DNA from: Mustelus asterias
Lineage: Eukaryota
Reading direction: 5' to 3'
Length of the DNA: 64,000 bases
Assembly: GCF_964213995.1 (NCBI RefSeq)
Contig: NC_135825.1
Location: forward strand, 12,338,001-12,402,000
Positions 37,068 to 49,790 of the stretch are shown here, piece after piece (within the stretch, counting starts at the first letter, position 1; each line of letters begins with the position of its first letter). The notes under the pieces were generated by a model that saw only the letters and a program-made list of their open reading frames with translations, did not search any database and was not told where the DNA came from. The position numbers and the translations under genes are program-made.

Positions 37068-37730
37068 GTAAGTGATAGTGTAAACATACGATGTGGTCAG
37101 TGAAATATTTGTTGATGTTTGTCTATACTGGTTGCTGGTTCGCTTCCTAATGTCTCTCTGAATGACTGCAACTGACAAAAATTCACTCTGCTTTGTCCCT
37201 CAACCACTCGGAACAAACTTACTGATTAAAATATTGATTGAAAATATCAGGATCGTAAAATATTCCCCAAACATGTCTAAATGTTGCAGTAATCCCATTA
37301 ATATTAAATAGAACTTGACTGACAAGGTCTCCATTAACCATTCCTGTTCCCATTTCTTGGAGATCAAATTGTGAATAACAATCTTTAGCTGATGACTCTT
37401 GCTTTAGGATGAATGGTAAGGCCCGAGAGTTGAAGAGTTGATGTGAAATGATAGCATCTTAAGAGGTCTCACTTACAAAATGAAAGAATGTCTTACATTT
37501 ACTTTCACAGTCACCTGACTTCTCGAAGCACTTTCCAACCAATGAAATGCTTTTTGAAGCACTGTCACTGTTGTCAGGCAGGAACCAAACACAGCAGCCA
37601 ATTTACACACAGCAAGATCAAAATAATGAACTGATAACATGTTTTTGATTGAGGGATAAGTATCGCTGGGTGATTTGGGATAACGCTTCTGTTTTTTCTT
37701 CAGGAGATCGAGTGCCATCGATCTTATACA

Positions 37731-38066
37731 TCCATAGATTCATAAAATCCATAGAATCTTACAGTGCAGAAGGAGACCATTTGACGCATCGAGTCTCCGC
37801 CAACGTCAATCCCACCCAGGCCTTATCCCCATAATCCCATGCATTTACCCCAGCTAGTTCCCCCTAACACTGAGGGGCAATTTAGCTTGGCCAATCCACC
37901 TAATCCGCACATCTTTGGACTGTGGGAGGAAACCAGAGCACCCGGAGGAAACCCACGCAGACACAGGGAGAATGCGCAAACTCCACACAGCCAGTCACCC
38001 GAGGCCAGATTTGAACCCGGGTCTCTGTGAGGCAGCAGTGCTAACCACTGTGCCACCATGCCGCCC
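37731..38066 (-). mobile_element. HE1-like SINE inserted in an older Deu-type SINE
   Basis: Full-length reverse SINE. The flank at 38070-38245 has ggcagcacctccaacagtgcagcac..tactgcac, typical of DeuSINE-family heads. Confidence 0.7.
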
Positions 38067-39406
38067 ATAGAGCAGGCAGATTGGGGACTCTGTTCAACGT
38101 CCATCCGAAAGGCAGCACCTCCAACAGTGCAGCACTTCCTCGGTACTGCACAGGAGTGTCAGCTTTGATTTTTGAGTCCCGAGAGTAGGGCGAGAACACA
38201 GAACCTTGTGGCTGCAGACACAAGAGTGCTACCAACAGCTGACACCGGCAAAGAATCATTAGAATAGAAGGAAATAGTCTGCTAAATCTATTCAAAATTA
38301 TTAGAGGCTTTGATAAGATAAATTGAGACTTAATTATTTCCAGTAGTGAGTGAATACTGGAGAGATTACAGTTCAGATCATCACAACATGGACAGCGGGA
38401 GAAATTGGGAGAATTTTATTGATGCAAATGATTGTTAAGATATGGATTGCGTTAGAAACAGAATCAATAATAGCTTTCACAAGGGAAGCTAAAAAGGAGC
38501 AGACATTTAGGAGGATTTGGGGAAAAGACACGACAATGGGAGTGTCGCTGTAGACTCGATGGGCCAAATGGCCTCCTTGTGCGCTGCATGGATGCTCTGA
38601 TTCTAAATGGCAAATTATTTCATAGCGATGGAGGGCAATGGACCAAAATTCCTTCTTTGCCGTAAAATTCTATCATCACAAAATGCTGCTCAAAATCTCA
38701 GAATTCCATGTTCTAAACACTGAATTACTCAGTGTTAACATAAACACTAACGATAGTCCTGAATTAATGAGGACTTTAACCAGTTTGAATGTTTAATATT
38801 CAAATATGTCAGTGTCAGAAGGGGCTCAGTTGGTAGCAGCCTGATTTCTGAAACCAATGGGTTGTGAGTTCAAATTCTCCTTCCGAGAAAGGGGTTGATA
38901 TCACTGTACAGCACGGAGATTGCGCTCTGCTGTTGACGGTGCTATTGTCTGGTTGAACTGCTGATCCATGCATCCTTTCAGCTAAATGTAAATGATTACA
39001 TGGCCCTCTTCCAGGAGGAATAGGCAAATTTTCCTGGTGTCTTAGAGACCCTCATAACATTTAAGAAGTATTTAGATGTGCACTCGTGATGCCAAGGCAC
39101 ACAAAGCTATGGGCCACGTGCTGGAAAGACAATTGTGTTTGACTGGCATAGACACGATGGGTGCTACCTCCCTCACTGCACAGTGGATGTACCTACACCA
39201 CATGGACTGCAGCGGTTAAAGAAGTATCTCATGACCAGCTTCTCAAGGGCAATAATTGCTGGCCTAAACAGCGACACCCACATCCCAAGAAGAGCCGCTC
39301 CCTCAACGTGGTTCTCCCTCAGGTCGAGGTGCCACTTGACAATGTGACTCTCTCGGTTCATGACAGTGAAAATGAGGCTGATCTGAATGCTGTTTCCTTC
39401 TTTCAG

Positions 39407-39485
39407 TCGGACCTGAAAATTCTTCTGAAGTTTTAACAGTATCGCCAACACATTCGTCAATTCCAAACTCCAAACCTGCTGAAAG
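39407..39485 (+). CDS. Gene 1 stalk exon (VGPENSSEVLTVSPTHSSIPNSKPAE-S)
   Basis: ttccttctttcag| acceptor, AG|gtacac donor. Ser/Thr/Pro-rich. Phase 1 in, phase 2 out, which matches the TM exon. Confidence 0.8.
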
Positions 39486-41139
39486 GTACACTGTTTTTAT
39501 TGTTAGTGTTTAAATGACATGGCTTCTGTGTGAGTGATTAAATCCTCTTTAACAACTTTGGCGTGAGGATGGATGTCATTTATTGTCCTGGGCCAGTCAC
39601 AGAGCAGCAATCATTGTTGGATTGCCACTCCGCTCGAAGCTTTCCACCTTCGACTCAGCTCCACATTTCTTGCCTGATCTTCCAAGTCCAGATTCTCCAG
39701 AACTGTGGAGCGCAGTGTCCCTCAGAGAACTCCATCGCAACTCAGTAGGACCACAGGTGGGTCGGGTGAACGATGGATCGGGAGACAGGTGTATCGATGT
39801 GTTGGTAGTAGGAGGCAATGGTGGTAGGTGGGTGAGAAGACAGATGAGTGAGGTCATAGGTGTGTGAGATGGGTAGGGTTGCAGATAGGTGAGGTGGTAG
39901 ATGGGGAGGGTGGCAGTTGGGTGTGGTAGGAGGTTGATGAGGTGGTAGATGAATAGGATGGTAATCGGGTCAGGTTGGCAGGGGTAGCCTGGTTTGGGGG
40001 CTAATCAGATTTGGACCTTGGGTAAGCTAGTGGTGGGTGCAAAGAGTAGCCTGTGAGAGTAATCAGATTGGCTCAGGTTGTGGCGTCGTCACAAGGTCAG
40101 ATGGGATAGTCGGGGTGTGGGGTGATAGTTGGTGTGGCAAGCGGTTCATCAGAGGATTGGGGGGACTCCAGGGGGTCAGTGTGATTATTCGGGGGTCAGT
40201 TCTGTGATTACCCAGGGATGAAACTAGATTCTTTCAGTCTAACATTTCCCGGGTAACTATCCAGTTAAGCCCCATGGAATTGTTTGAAGTGTCTGACTCT
40301 TACCCAGAGCTGAAGATTTTCTCAGAGGGACCCAGGGAACAGCAGAATTGTCCGTTGGAAGTTCCAACGTCCCAGGCAATTCCCATGGAAGTCATCATGT
40401 TGGGTCATCTGCAGGGTCCTGACACACATCTTGGGTCATATGTCCAGTCTCTGATGATCCGGGAAACTGGGCATCATTTTTCAATATCTCTCAGATCAGA
40501 AACCTTGGCGGGATGTTGTTGTGTTCGCTTCATAATGAAAGTGCGAGTTTTAAAAAGGGTTGATTTGATGTGATATCATTAGGGTGCGTGCTCAGGCTGC
40601 TGTGTTACTGTCAGTTTTGTACTTGATGTAGTGCAGAGAGCAGCTCTTCAATAATTCCTGTTGTGTGCTTGCTTGAATCTACGTGTGCAAACCAAGTCTT
40701 TTCTTTTCCTGTTAAAACCCACAACTCCTAACATAGTTGGGACATACAGAAAGAGCAGAAATTGTTGTCCAATGTAAACACGGAGGTTACAATGGTGATG
40801 AGGAGAAAATACCAACTAAACATCAAAATGATGAAAAAGCTGCTGGAAATACGCAGCAGGTCACTTCTTATCTACAGAGAAAGCAGACAAGGAGATCTTT
40901 CAAGAAATGGCTAATATTGATCTGGTCAAAGTTCACTGCTGTTTTTGAGATTTTGCTGTGTGCAAATTGGTTGCCACATCTCCCATATCACAACAGTGGC
41001 AGTTGTCTAAAAATACTTCCCAGATTGTAAAATTCTTTAGACCATCCAAAGGTCATGAAAAGTGCTGTAAAATTTCAAAACCCACTTCCTTAAACAAATG
41101 GCCAAGAATCAATTGTGGCAGGAAACAAAGGATGATTGT

Positions 41140-42080
41140 TGATGTCTGTTTTTGTGACTGGAAGGCTGTTTCCAATGCTCAGTGCTCGGTCCCCTGCTTT
41201 CTCTGGCATATATTAATGATTTAGATGTAATGTAATGAAAATTACCAATGCAGTAGATAGCGAGGAGGATTGCTATCGGCTGCAGGAAGATATCAATGGA
41301 CTGGTCAGGTGGGCAGAAAAGTGGCAAATGGAATTCAACTCAGAGAAGGGTGAGGTGATGCATTTGAGCAGGTCAAACAAAGCAAATGGTTAGACAATAA
41401 ATGGGAGGATACTGGGGGATATAGAGGAAGTGAAAATCCTTGGAGTGAATGCCCAGAGGTCCTTGAAGGTAACAGGACAGGTCGATAAGGTGGTTAAGAA
41501 GGCACATGGAATCCTTTCATTCATTAGCCAAGGTATGGAATTTCAGGTCAGAAAGGTTATGCTGGAACTATATAAAATATGAGTTAGGCCATAACTTGAG
41601 CACTGTGAGCAGTTCTGGTCACCTCATGACAAAAAGGATGTATCAGAGAGGGGACTTACAGGGATGTTGCCAGGACTGGAAAATTGCAGCCAAGAAGAAA
41701 ACATTGGTCGGCTGGGGTTGTTGTCCTTGGTTTAGGGGAGAATTGATTGAGATGGACAACATTAAAAGCAGCCCAGATAGAGTGGGCGGGAAGGACCAGT
41801 TTACTTTAGCAGAGAGGTCAGTGACTCGGGAGCATAAATTTAAAGAAATTGGTAGAAAGATGGGAGGAGAGATGAGGAAAAGTGTTTTCACCCAGAGGGC
41901 TGCAGATTTCTGAAAGGGTGGTAGAGGCAGAAACACTCAACTCATTTCAGAGATGTCTGGATAATCTGCAGGGCAATGGACACAATGCTGGAGAATGGGA
42001 CTGCACTGGGGGGCCGGTTTTTAGACACAACAGACATGATGGACCAAGTGGTCACTTTCTGTGCTGTAAACTTTCTATGA
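41140..42080 (+). mobile_element. Degraded CR1 LINE fragment
   Basis: LQEDINGLVRWAEKWQMEFN and SVTREHKFKEIGRKMGGEMRKSVFTQR resemble CR1 ORF2. Confidence 0.8.
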
Positions 42081-42124
42081 TTGTAAAGTCCAACACTGCT
42101 CATTTCCTATTCTCTGTGTCACAG

Positions 42125-42213
42125 TCTGATTTACATTGTGCTCGGGGTGCTGGGGGCCATTCTTGTGGTGTTCGCTGTTTCTCTACTTTTGTACCGGAGG
42201 CGAATCGACAAGG
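42125..42213 (+). CDS. Gene 1 transmembrane exon (SLIYIVLGVLGAILVVFAVSLLLYRRRIDK)
   Basis: cacag| acceptor, G|gtgagt donor; about 23 hydrophobic residues with no charged residue, followed by an RRR stop-transfer. Confidence 0.9.
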
Positions 42214-43192
42214 GTGAGTTTCTGTTTCTCCTGAATCATTTTGTTATATTACAATCATTTTCTGAAGAATATAAAGAGAACCTAATTTGCTGCAATCAAC
42301 AAACATCTCTGATTCTGGTATCCTGCACATTCTAACATAGATGTATTCAACATGGAAGAATATTGAAGTTGTTCCTGTTGTTTGGAAATAACAAATAACC
42401 CTGTGAACTCTGGAGAAAGTGAAACTCAACATGGGTTTAGAATGATAGAGACCATAAGACAATAAGAAATAGGAACAGGATTAGGCCATTCAGCCCATCG
42501 AGTCTGCTCCGCCATTCAATGTTTAAGACCAAGGGCGGGATTGTTTTGGCCGTGTCCACCCCAAGATTGGAAGTTCCCGTCTAAGGTCAACGGACCTTTT
42601 AAATTGTCCGAGAAATTCTCTGTCCCGCCTGCTACGATTCACAATGTGGACGGGATGGGAAAATTCCGCCCCAAGTCATTTCTTTGCTTAGCTCTGTGAG
42701 GGAAATCTTTCAGTGATCTTTCAGTGTGACAGCCTGGTTCCCCAAGCTCCCAAAAATCTATCCAGGTCTGACTTGAGTGCACTCAATGGTGGAGCATTCA
42801 CAGCTCTCTGCGATGGAGAATTCCAAAGATACAGAACTTTCTGTAATCTCGCCCAATCTCAGTAAATGGGCCCACGCTGTGCTCTGAGACTGTGACAGAT
42901 TTAAGGCAGAGATCGATAGATTCTTAATTGGGAAGGGGATCAAAGGTTGTGGAGAAAAGTCGGGAGAATGGGGTTGAGAAACTTATCAGCCATGATTGAA
43001 TGGTGGAGCAGATTCGATCGGCTGAATGGACGAATTCTGCTCCTATATCTTATGGTCTTATGGACTCTGTGTTCTAGATTCCCCAGTCAGTGGAAACATT
43101 TCCTCAATATCTGCCCTGTGAAGTCAATTGAGATTTTCTTTTTCAATGAGATCATCGCTCATCCTGCTGAACAGCAGAGAATATCGGCTTGG

Positions 43193-43462
43193 TGTGGTAC
43201 CATTGCCCCTTTATTGCGCAATTCTTCAGGGGCCATGTGACTGGGCCGTAACCAATAGAGTGCAAGTGCACCAGCCTATCGGGAGCCTACCGGGAGCGAG
43301 GGCATGCAGCCCGGGGGCTGGAGGCTATTGTTGAAGCCAGGACATTGTTAGGAGTCGGCCTGTATCGTTGTGCTGTTAAACCCTTCATTGTATTGAGTTC
43401 TTCGCAATCAATAAATCCTTTAGTTTGTAACTTACCACATCGAGTTGCCTCGAGTTATTACA
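43193..43462 (+). mobile_element. Short solo LTR
   Basis: TG..CA ends, internal aataaa, near-TSD CTTGG/CCTGG; interrupts a CR1 remnant. Confidence 0.55.
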
Positions 43463-43765
43463 CCTGGTCGACTCAATCTTTCCTCATAACACAATTTCCG
43501 TATCGGGAATTAACGCTGTGAACCGAGGGTGGGTATGTCCTACCTGGAGCCAAAACCTACAAACAGCACTCCAGGTGTGGCCTCACCAATTCCCCATTTT
43601 ATACACAAACCCCTCTGCAGCAAAAGAAAACAACCCATTTGCCTTTCTTTCAATGCTAATCAATGTGGGGCCATGTACCCTGCAACACATGTTCAGTTCA
43701 GACATTCTAAGCATATCTACCATTCCAATTCAAGCCTTTTCAATGTTAACATTTTCATTTTTCAG

Positions 43766-43818
43766 ATACAAATGACATAAGCCACGGAAGAGACAACAAT
43801 AATCTTATTGACAATCAG
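43766..43818 (+). CDS. Gene 1 cytoplasmic exon (DTNDISHGRDNNNLIDNQ)
   Basis: tttttcag| acceptor, CAG|gtgagg donor; phase 1 in, phase 0 out, linking the TM and last exon in frame. Confidence 0.8.
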
Positions 43819-44440
43819 GTGAGGAGATGAAGTGTGAATTCTCTGACTAATGTCTGGAAATTTTCAAACCTGGATGATATCGAATTGACAGGACTGAAAC
43901 AGGCCATTCAGGCCAACTAGTCCATGCTGGATTTGATGCTCAACACAAGCCTCCTCCCATCCCTCTTTATCTAACCAGACCAGCATCAGCTTCTGTTCCT
44001 TTCACTCACATTTGCTTCTGTAGATTTGCCTTAAATGTATTGATGCTATTTAACTGAACTGCACCTTGGACTGGTTCCAATCTTTAATCTCATTGGATGG
44101 GCATAAAGGGAGATAGACCTTGGCTTTACCGTCAGAAATGAGACCTCGTTAATTATTGCATCCCAACTTTGGATTTGATTTCATTTTTCAGTTTACACTC
44201 TCGTATATTCCTGTAAAGTCTTAGGTATTACTGCCAAAACAGAACAAAACTTCAGAATAAGAAAATGCTATCAAACGCTAACGAGTCCATCTGTTGTGTG
44301 ATGAGAGTTGGCTTTGCTGTAACATCACCCATCGTGTCCCGAAGCTCTGGAATCCTCTCTGTCTAATTCATCACTTCATTATTCCTTTAAGGCATTCCTT
44401 AACATGTCTTTGCCTTAAACCTTTGATAGATTTTGGTCAC

Positions 44441-44718
44441 TGTGGTGAACCATAGATGGTTACCACTATGGGTACTTGCACATATGTTACTCTTGTTACT
44501 GTTGGGGTTAGGGTTTGGGTGTTCTACCTGTTATTATTGTTTATGTGGTACACTCCGTTCGGCTCCGCCTTCTTACAGGAGTATAAAGGTCACTGCTACT
44601 TCCTAGTAGCCCTTAGTCTGGGATAGTATTGTTAAGTCGTGTGCTCCAATCTTGTTGTGAATAAAAGCCTTTATTCCCGGGTACGTCCTAGCCTCCCATG
44701 TGAATCAATCGCGCATCA
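44441..44718 (+). mobile_element. Short solo LTR
   Basis: TG..CA ends, perfect 5-bp TSD GTCAC (44436-44440, 44719-44723), TATA gtataaagg at 44581, AATAAA at ~44660. Confidence 0.8.
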
Positions 44719-46309
44719 GTCACCTTCACTGATATCTCCTTCCTTGGTTTAGTTTCTGTCTTGGGGCATTTTACTATGTTGAAGGCTCCAAATAAATGTA
44801 GTTCTTTGTGTTAAATATGGACGTAGCTAATTCTAATTTAGGTTCGCTGCTGGTTCTACTGTGAGATAGTAACATGAAAGATGCTATCATTCTGAAGGGA
44901 TTAGCATCATTGAATGCAGTAGTGTTCCCCTGTGAATTAATTACAACACAGTTCACTGGGAAACTGCTGTGAAGATGTTTCAGTGCAGCTCCCACACTTA
45001 CAGATGGACAGCACACACAAGCTGCCCAAGAGACAGAGGGGGAGAACTCTGATAATCACAAGCTATAACAGCAGGCGTGGATGTTTGGATGGTGTAACCA
45101 TATAGGCACACCTCGTTAGTAGTTAATCATTATAATTAGACAAGCATATAGAGGCTATAACTGGTTAACGATATTCAACTAACATAAATGAAGTAATCAG
45201 AACTATTCGCTGTAATTGGATATCAATGAGTTCTGAACAAATGTTGACTTGTGATTGGTGTATGAGAATTATATGTAAGATACACAAAGATAGAATGGTG
45301 CATGCCATGTACCAGTACGCCACCTTGTGGGAGGCAGACTTCCTCGCTAAAGGGTGAATAAAGGCCGATTTAAAACCCCAAAATCTTCATCTGGTCTGTC
45401 GAGGGTGCGAAGTATAATTTCGCTAGATGGCAGCAAAATGCCATATCACATTCTGCCTTGGAAAATTAAAAACTTAAGGCGAGATTCAGCAGGCTGGGCC
45501 TCTCTTTGATTAACGATCTGATTGAGATCATCAAGATTTAGGTAGAGATAACAAAGATGTTTCCACTTGCAGGCAAGACCAAAACCAGTGGCCATAAATA
45601 GTGGATAGTCATTAATAACAGGTAGTGGTGTCGTGGTATTGTCACTGGGCTAGTAATCCAGAGACCCAGGATCATCCTCTGGGTATCTGGGTCCAAATCC
45701 CACCAAGGCAGAACTCAATAAAAATCTGGAATTAAAAGTCTAATGATGATCATGAAGCTATTGTAGATTGTTGTAAAAACCTATTTGGTTCACTAATGTC
45801 CTTGCGGGACATTTCCCTTAGGAAATCCGCTGCCCATACCTGGCCTGGCCTACATGTGACTCATAAATGCTCCGTGAAATGGCTGAGCAAGCCATTCAGT
45901 TCAATTAGAGATGGGCAACAAATGTTGGCCAACCAGTGACGCCCACATCCCATGTGTGAATCAAAAAGGTGAATCTAACAGCAAATTCAAGAGAAACATC
46001 TTTACCCAGAGTGTTCAGAATGTGGAATTTTCCACCACAGGGAACAGTTGAGGTAAACAGCTGAAATACATTCAAACAGAAGCTGGATAAGCACATGGGA
46101 AGGAAAGGATTTGAATGTTATTTTGATGAGATTAACTGGACAGGTTTATGTGGAGTTGGGACAAATGATGTGTTTCACCGCTGGAGATAGATTATCTCAT
46201 GTTGTGATCACTTGTAAACTGATTTGCAATGATCTAGAAATCGATTTCTCCACAAATCACCATTCAAGTTAAATGGAAATAAATTGGATCGTTATTTTTT
46301 ATATTGCAG

Positions 46310-46444
46310 CAATTGGCAGTTGTAGAAGAGAGCATTGTGTATGCCAGTGTAAAGCGCAATCGAGGGAACTCAGCAGAAACACGCAGCGAGCTAACTGTCC
46401 GGTTCATTAACAATGAGGATGGAGTCACATATGCAACACTGTAG
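46310..46444 (+). CDS. Gene 1 last coding exon with two ITIMs (IVYASV, VTYATL*)
   Basis: tattgcag| acceptor; QLAVVEESIVYASVKRNRGNSAETRSELTVRFINNEDGVTYATL-stop. Both motifs fit (I/V/L/S)xYxx(L/V). Confidence 0.88.
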   Translation, partial: QLAVVEESIVYASVKRNRGNSAETRSELTVRFINNEDGVTYATL

Positions 46445-46824
46445 ATTCAAAAGAAATTGTCAGCCTGAAGAGGTGAGAGGTCGAGGCACTCGGTTAACAA
46501 TGAGGATGCGTCAAGGTTCAATGATAGCTCCCAAAGAACAACACACAAACTTTGACGAATCTGAAATGGCAATATATGCTAACATAACTCATTAAGAAAA
46601 GTATTCATGTCGAGCACGTGATGAATATTATTCCTTCCTACTTTGCAATTAAATTTCATCTGCGATGAACTGTCCACAAACTTATTTTGTCAATTCGTCT
46701 GTGCTCTCTGAGTTGTTCCCTCCAGTTTTACTGCTGCTGCCAATTTGGTTTCATTGTCATATTCAATCAGTTAACAATGAGCTCCCGGTTCGGATTCCCT
46801 AGAAATAATAGATCCATTGGTGGA

Positions 46825-47853
46825 CGTTTCCCAAAATTATTTGGACTCTGGACTGGTTCCTACAGATTGGAGGGTAACTAATGCAAGCCCACAAAAAGCA
46901 AGGTAGAGGGAAAACAGCGAACTATAGGCCACTGAGCCTAATGTCAGTGCTGGGGAAGTTGCTGGAGTCCATTTCATAGCTCAGCATTTCACAGCTCAGC
47001 ATTTGGAAGACAGTGGTATAATTAGACAAAGTCAGCATGGATTTACAAAGTGGAAATCATACTTGACGAATCTATTGGAATTCTTTGAGGGTGGAACTAA
47101 TAGAGTTGACAAAGGAGAACTGGTAGATGTGGTTTATTTCGACTTTCCGAAGGGTTTCGGCAAGGTCTCACACAGCTGACTACTGTGTAAAGTTAAGGCA
47201 CATGGGATTGAGGGTCGTGTCTTGTGATGGATAGAAAGCTGGTCCGCAGATCGGAAGCAAACAGTTGGCATAATTGGGTGTTTTTCCAATTGGCAGGCAG
47301 TGATTAGTGGGGTACCGCAAGCATCTGTGTGAGAATCCCAACTATTCATGTTATATATTAACGATTTGGAAGAGGGAACTAAATATATTATCTCCAAGTG
47401 TGCAAATGATTCAACGTTGGGTGGGAGGGTAAGCTGTGAGGAGGATGCAGAGATGCTTCAGCATAATTAGACAGGCATGGCAGATGCAGTATAATGCAGA
47501 TAAATTTGAGGTTATCCACTTCAGCAACAATAATAGAAATGTGACACTCCACTACCTTTAAGAAATGTTTTTAAAAAAAATCATATTCTCTGCAGTTTGT
47601 GAGCCGGCCTTTTGTTTTTGTTGTGGCACCAGCTGCCTGCTTAGAAGTCCTTTTATTGCTGCGTAAGTGGGTTAAATGAGGTTTTGTTTATTTTTACTCT
47701 AGGTCTAATTCATTTTCTGGCATTTTACGATCTTTTGAAGTGTTGTGGGAAGATTGATTGACAAGTAAAAGTCAAATGGTTCCTCCACAGAGAAATCCAA
47801 GGATTCACTTTCAGTCTTGGGTGAGAAGGTGTTTTACTTCAGACTGGCTGCAG

Positions 47854-47894
<41 letters not shown>

Positions 47895-48810
47895 CCTCGT
47901 GTTTTGAGAAGCTGTTCCAGCTTCAAGCTTGTCCGTGCTGTGTCAAGAAAGTTGCAGAATCCAACCAAAGGACTAAGTTCCAGCATCAAGTGAACATTGT
48001 CATTTTCTGTGCTAAACTTGTGGCAGGAGCATGTTTTGAAGGAGTTTGTTGTATTGGAACAGTGCATTTAATTGGTAAGATTGATACAATGTCACGGTTG
48101 TTTTTATTTTCTTGTTTGCAATTGGTAAAAGTTTTTGCTAATTTTCTTTTTAAGTGTTAACTGTATTCTTAAATAAACTTTGTTTGATAAAAGCTCCCTT
48201 GGGAGTCATTTGAATCATACTTGAAGTGAAACGTCTCATGCTTACCCTCGCCAAATTCAAATCCAAAACGTATTGTCCAAGCCGACTTCAGAAAATACCT
48301 TGGAGTTTCAGACCTGGATTATAACAGGAAGGCAGCTTATTATTCACATGGGTGTAAATTGAGAGAGGCGGATACTCAGCAGTACCTTGGTGTCCTCATG
48401 CATCAGTCACTGAAAGTGAGTGCGCCGGTACAGCAGGCAGTAAAGAAGGCAAATGGTATGTTGGCCTTCAAAGCAAGAGGATTTGAATATCGGAATGTGA
48501 ATGCTTTGCTGCAATTGTATAGGGCGTTGGTGAGGCCACACCTGGAGCATTGTGTGCAGTGCTGGTTTCCTTATCTGAGGAAGGATGCGCTTGTGATAGA
48601 GAGAGTACAACAAAGGTTTACCAGGCTGACTCCTGTCGGAAGAGGAGACGCGAAGTCCGTTAGGATTATATTCATTGGCGTTTAGAAGAGTGAGAGGGAA
48701 ACCCATAGAAACTTTTAAAATTCTAACAGGGTGAGACAGGGTAGATTCAGAAAGAATGTTCTCATTGGTGAGGGAATCCAGAACTCGGGGTCATGTTTTC
48801 AGGATAAGGG
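46825..48810 (+). mobile_element. CR1 LINE fragment interrupted by a solo LTR
   Basis: RT-like NYRPLSL..SQHGF..VDVVYFDF and later LLQLYRALVRPHLEHCVQ; continuity is broken by 47540-48326. Confidence 0.85.
47540..48326. mobile_element. Solo LTR with internal (CT)n microsatellite
   Basis: tgtgac..ataaca ends, near-TSD GAAA/GGAA, aataaa at ~48172; splits a CR1 copy. Confidence 0.7.
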
Positions 48811-48939
48811 TCTCTGGATTACTAGTCCAGGGACAATACCACAACGCCACTGCCTTTCAACTAAAAGCTGAAAACACAGCAAATTGGTGAAAAAAATAAA
48901 AATGGGGGGGAATTGAGAAAAGAACAGTTATTCAGATTG

Positions 48940-49790
48940 GAATAAGATAGAAAGTGATATCCCACAAGAATCAGGACGGAAATCACTGTTAATTATGATG
49001 TACATAAATAATTGGACTTGGGAATAAGTAACCCTATGAAAATGTGCAAGTTCTGCCAAAATTGAGTGTGTGGCTGTCACTGAGGCAGAGTATAACATAA
49101 TACAGAAATCGATTAGAAAACTTGCAGACTGGGCAGGTAAGTAACAAATAAAATTTCCTCCAGATGAATGCAAGATGATGCACTTTGAAATAATAAACAA
49201 TCTCTACCTTAGACAATAAGCTTCTGAAATGAGTGAGAAGGGCAAGAAAATCTAGAGATATAGGTTAACAAATAATTAGGAGCCATCCAACTGGTCAGCA
49301 AAAAAATTAAAGTGTTGACAAAGCATTGAGATTTCATTCTAGTGGAATCAAATTCAAAAGGAGCCAGGTTATGTACAACCTTAGTTAGACTGCACTTACA
49401 GCACCTTGCACAACTCTGGTGTCCGGACTGTAAAAATGACAAAGAAACACTGGAGAAAGTACAAAAAAAGATTGACAAGGATGTTTTAGAATTGGGATGG
49501 TGCAGCCACAGGGAAAGATTAGACAGGTAGGGTAGTTTTCATCAGGAAAGGGAAGATTCAATGGAGACATGACAGGGATCTTTAAAATGCTGAATCGGTT
49601 GGATTGGATACCTGCGAAGAAAATACTCCCATTTTTGGGTGGCGATTAACGCAAGATAGTTACCAATACATCCGACAGGGGAATAAGGAGCAATAACATT
49701 ACTCAGAGAATGATGATAGACTGTGGAGCTTTCTGCCACAAGAGACTGAGGCAAATAGTTTTGATGCTTTTAATAGTGAAGTAGGTGATT
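48940..49790 (+). mobile_element. Old degraded CR1 fragment
   Basis: LCTTLVRLHLQHLAQLWCPDCKNDKETLEKVQK resembles CR1 LYKTLVRPHLEYCVQFWSP..D...LERVQR. Confidence 0.65.
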
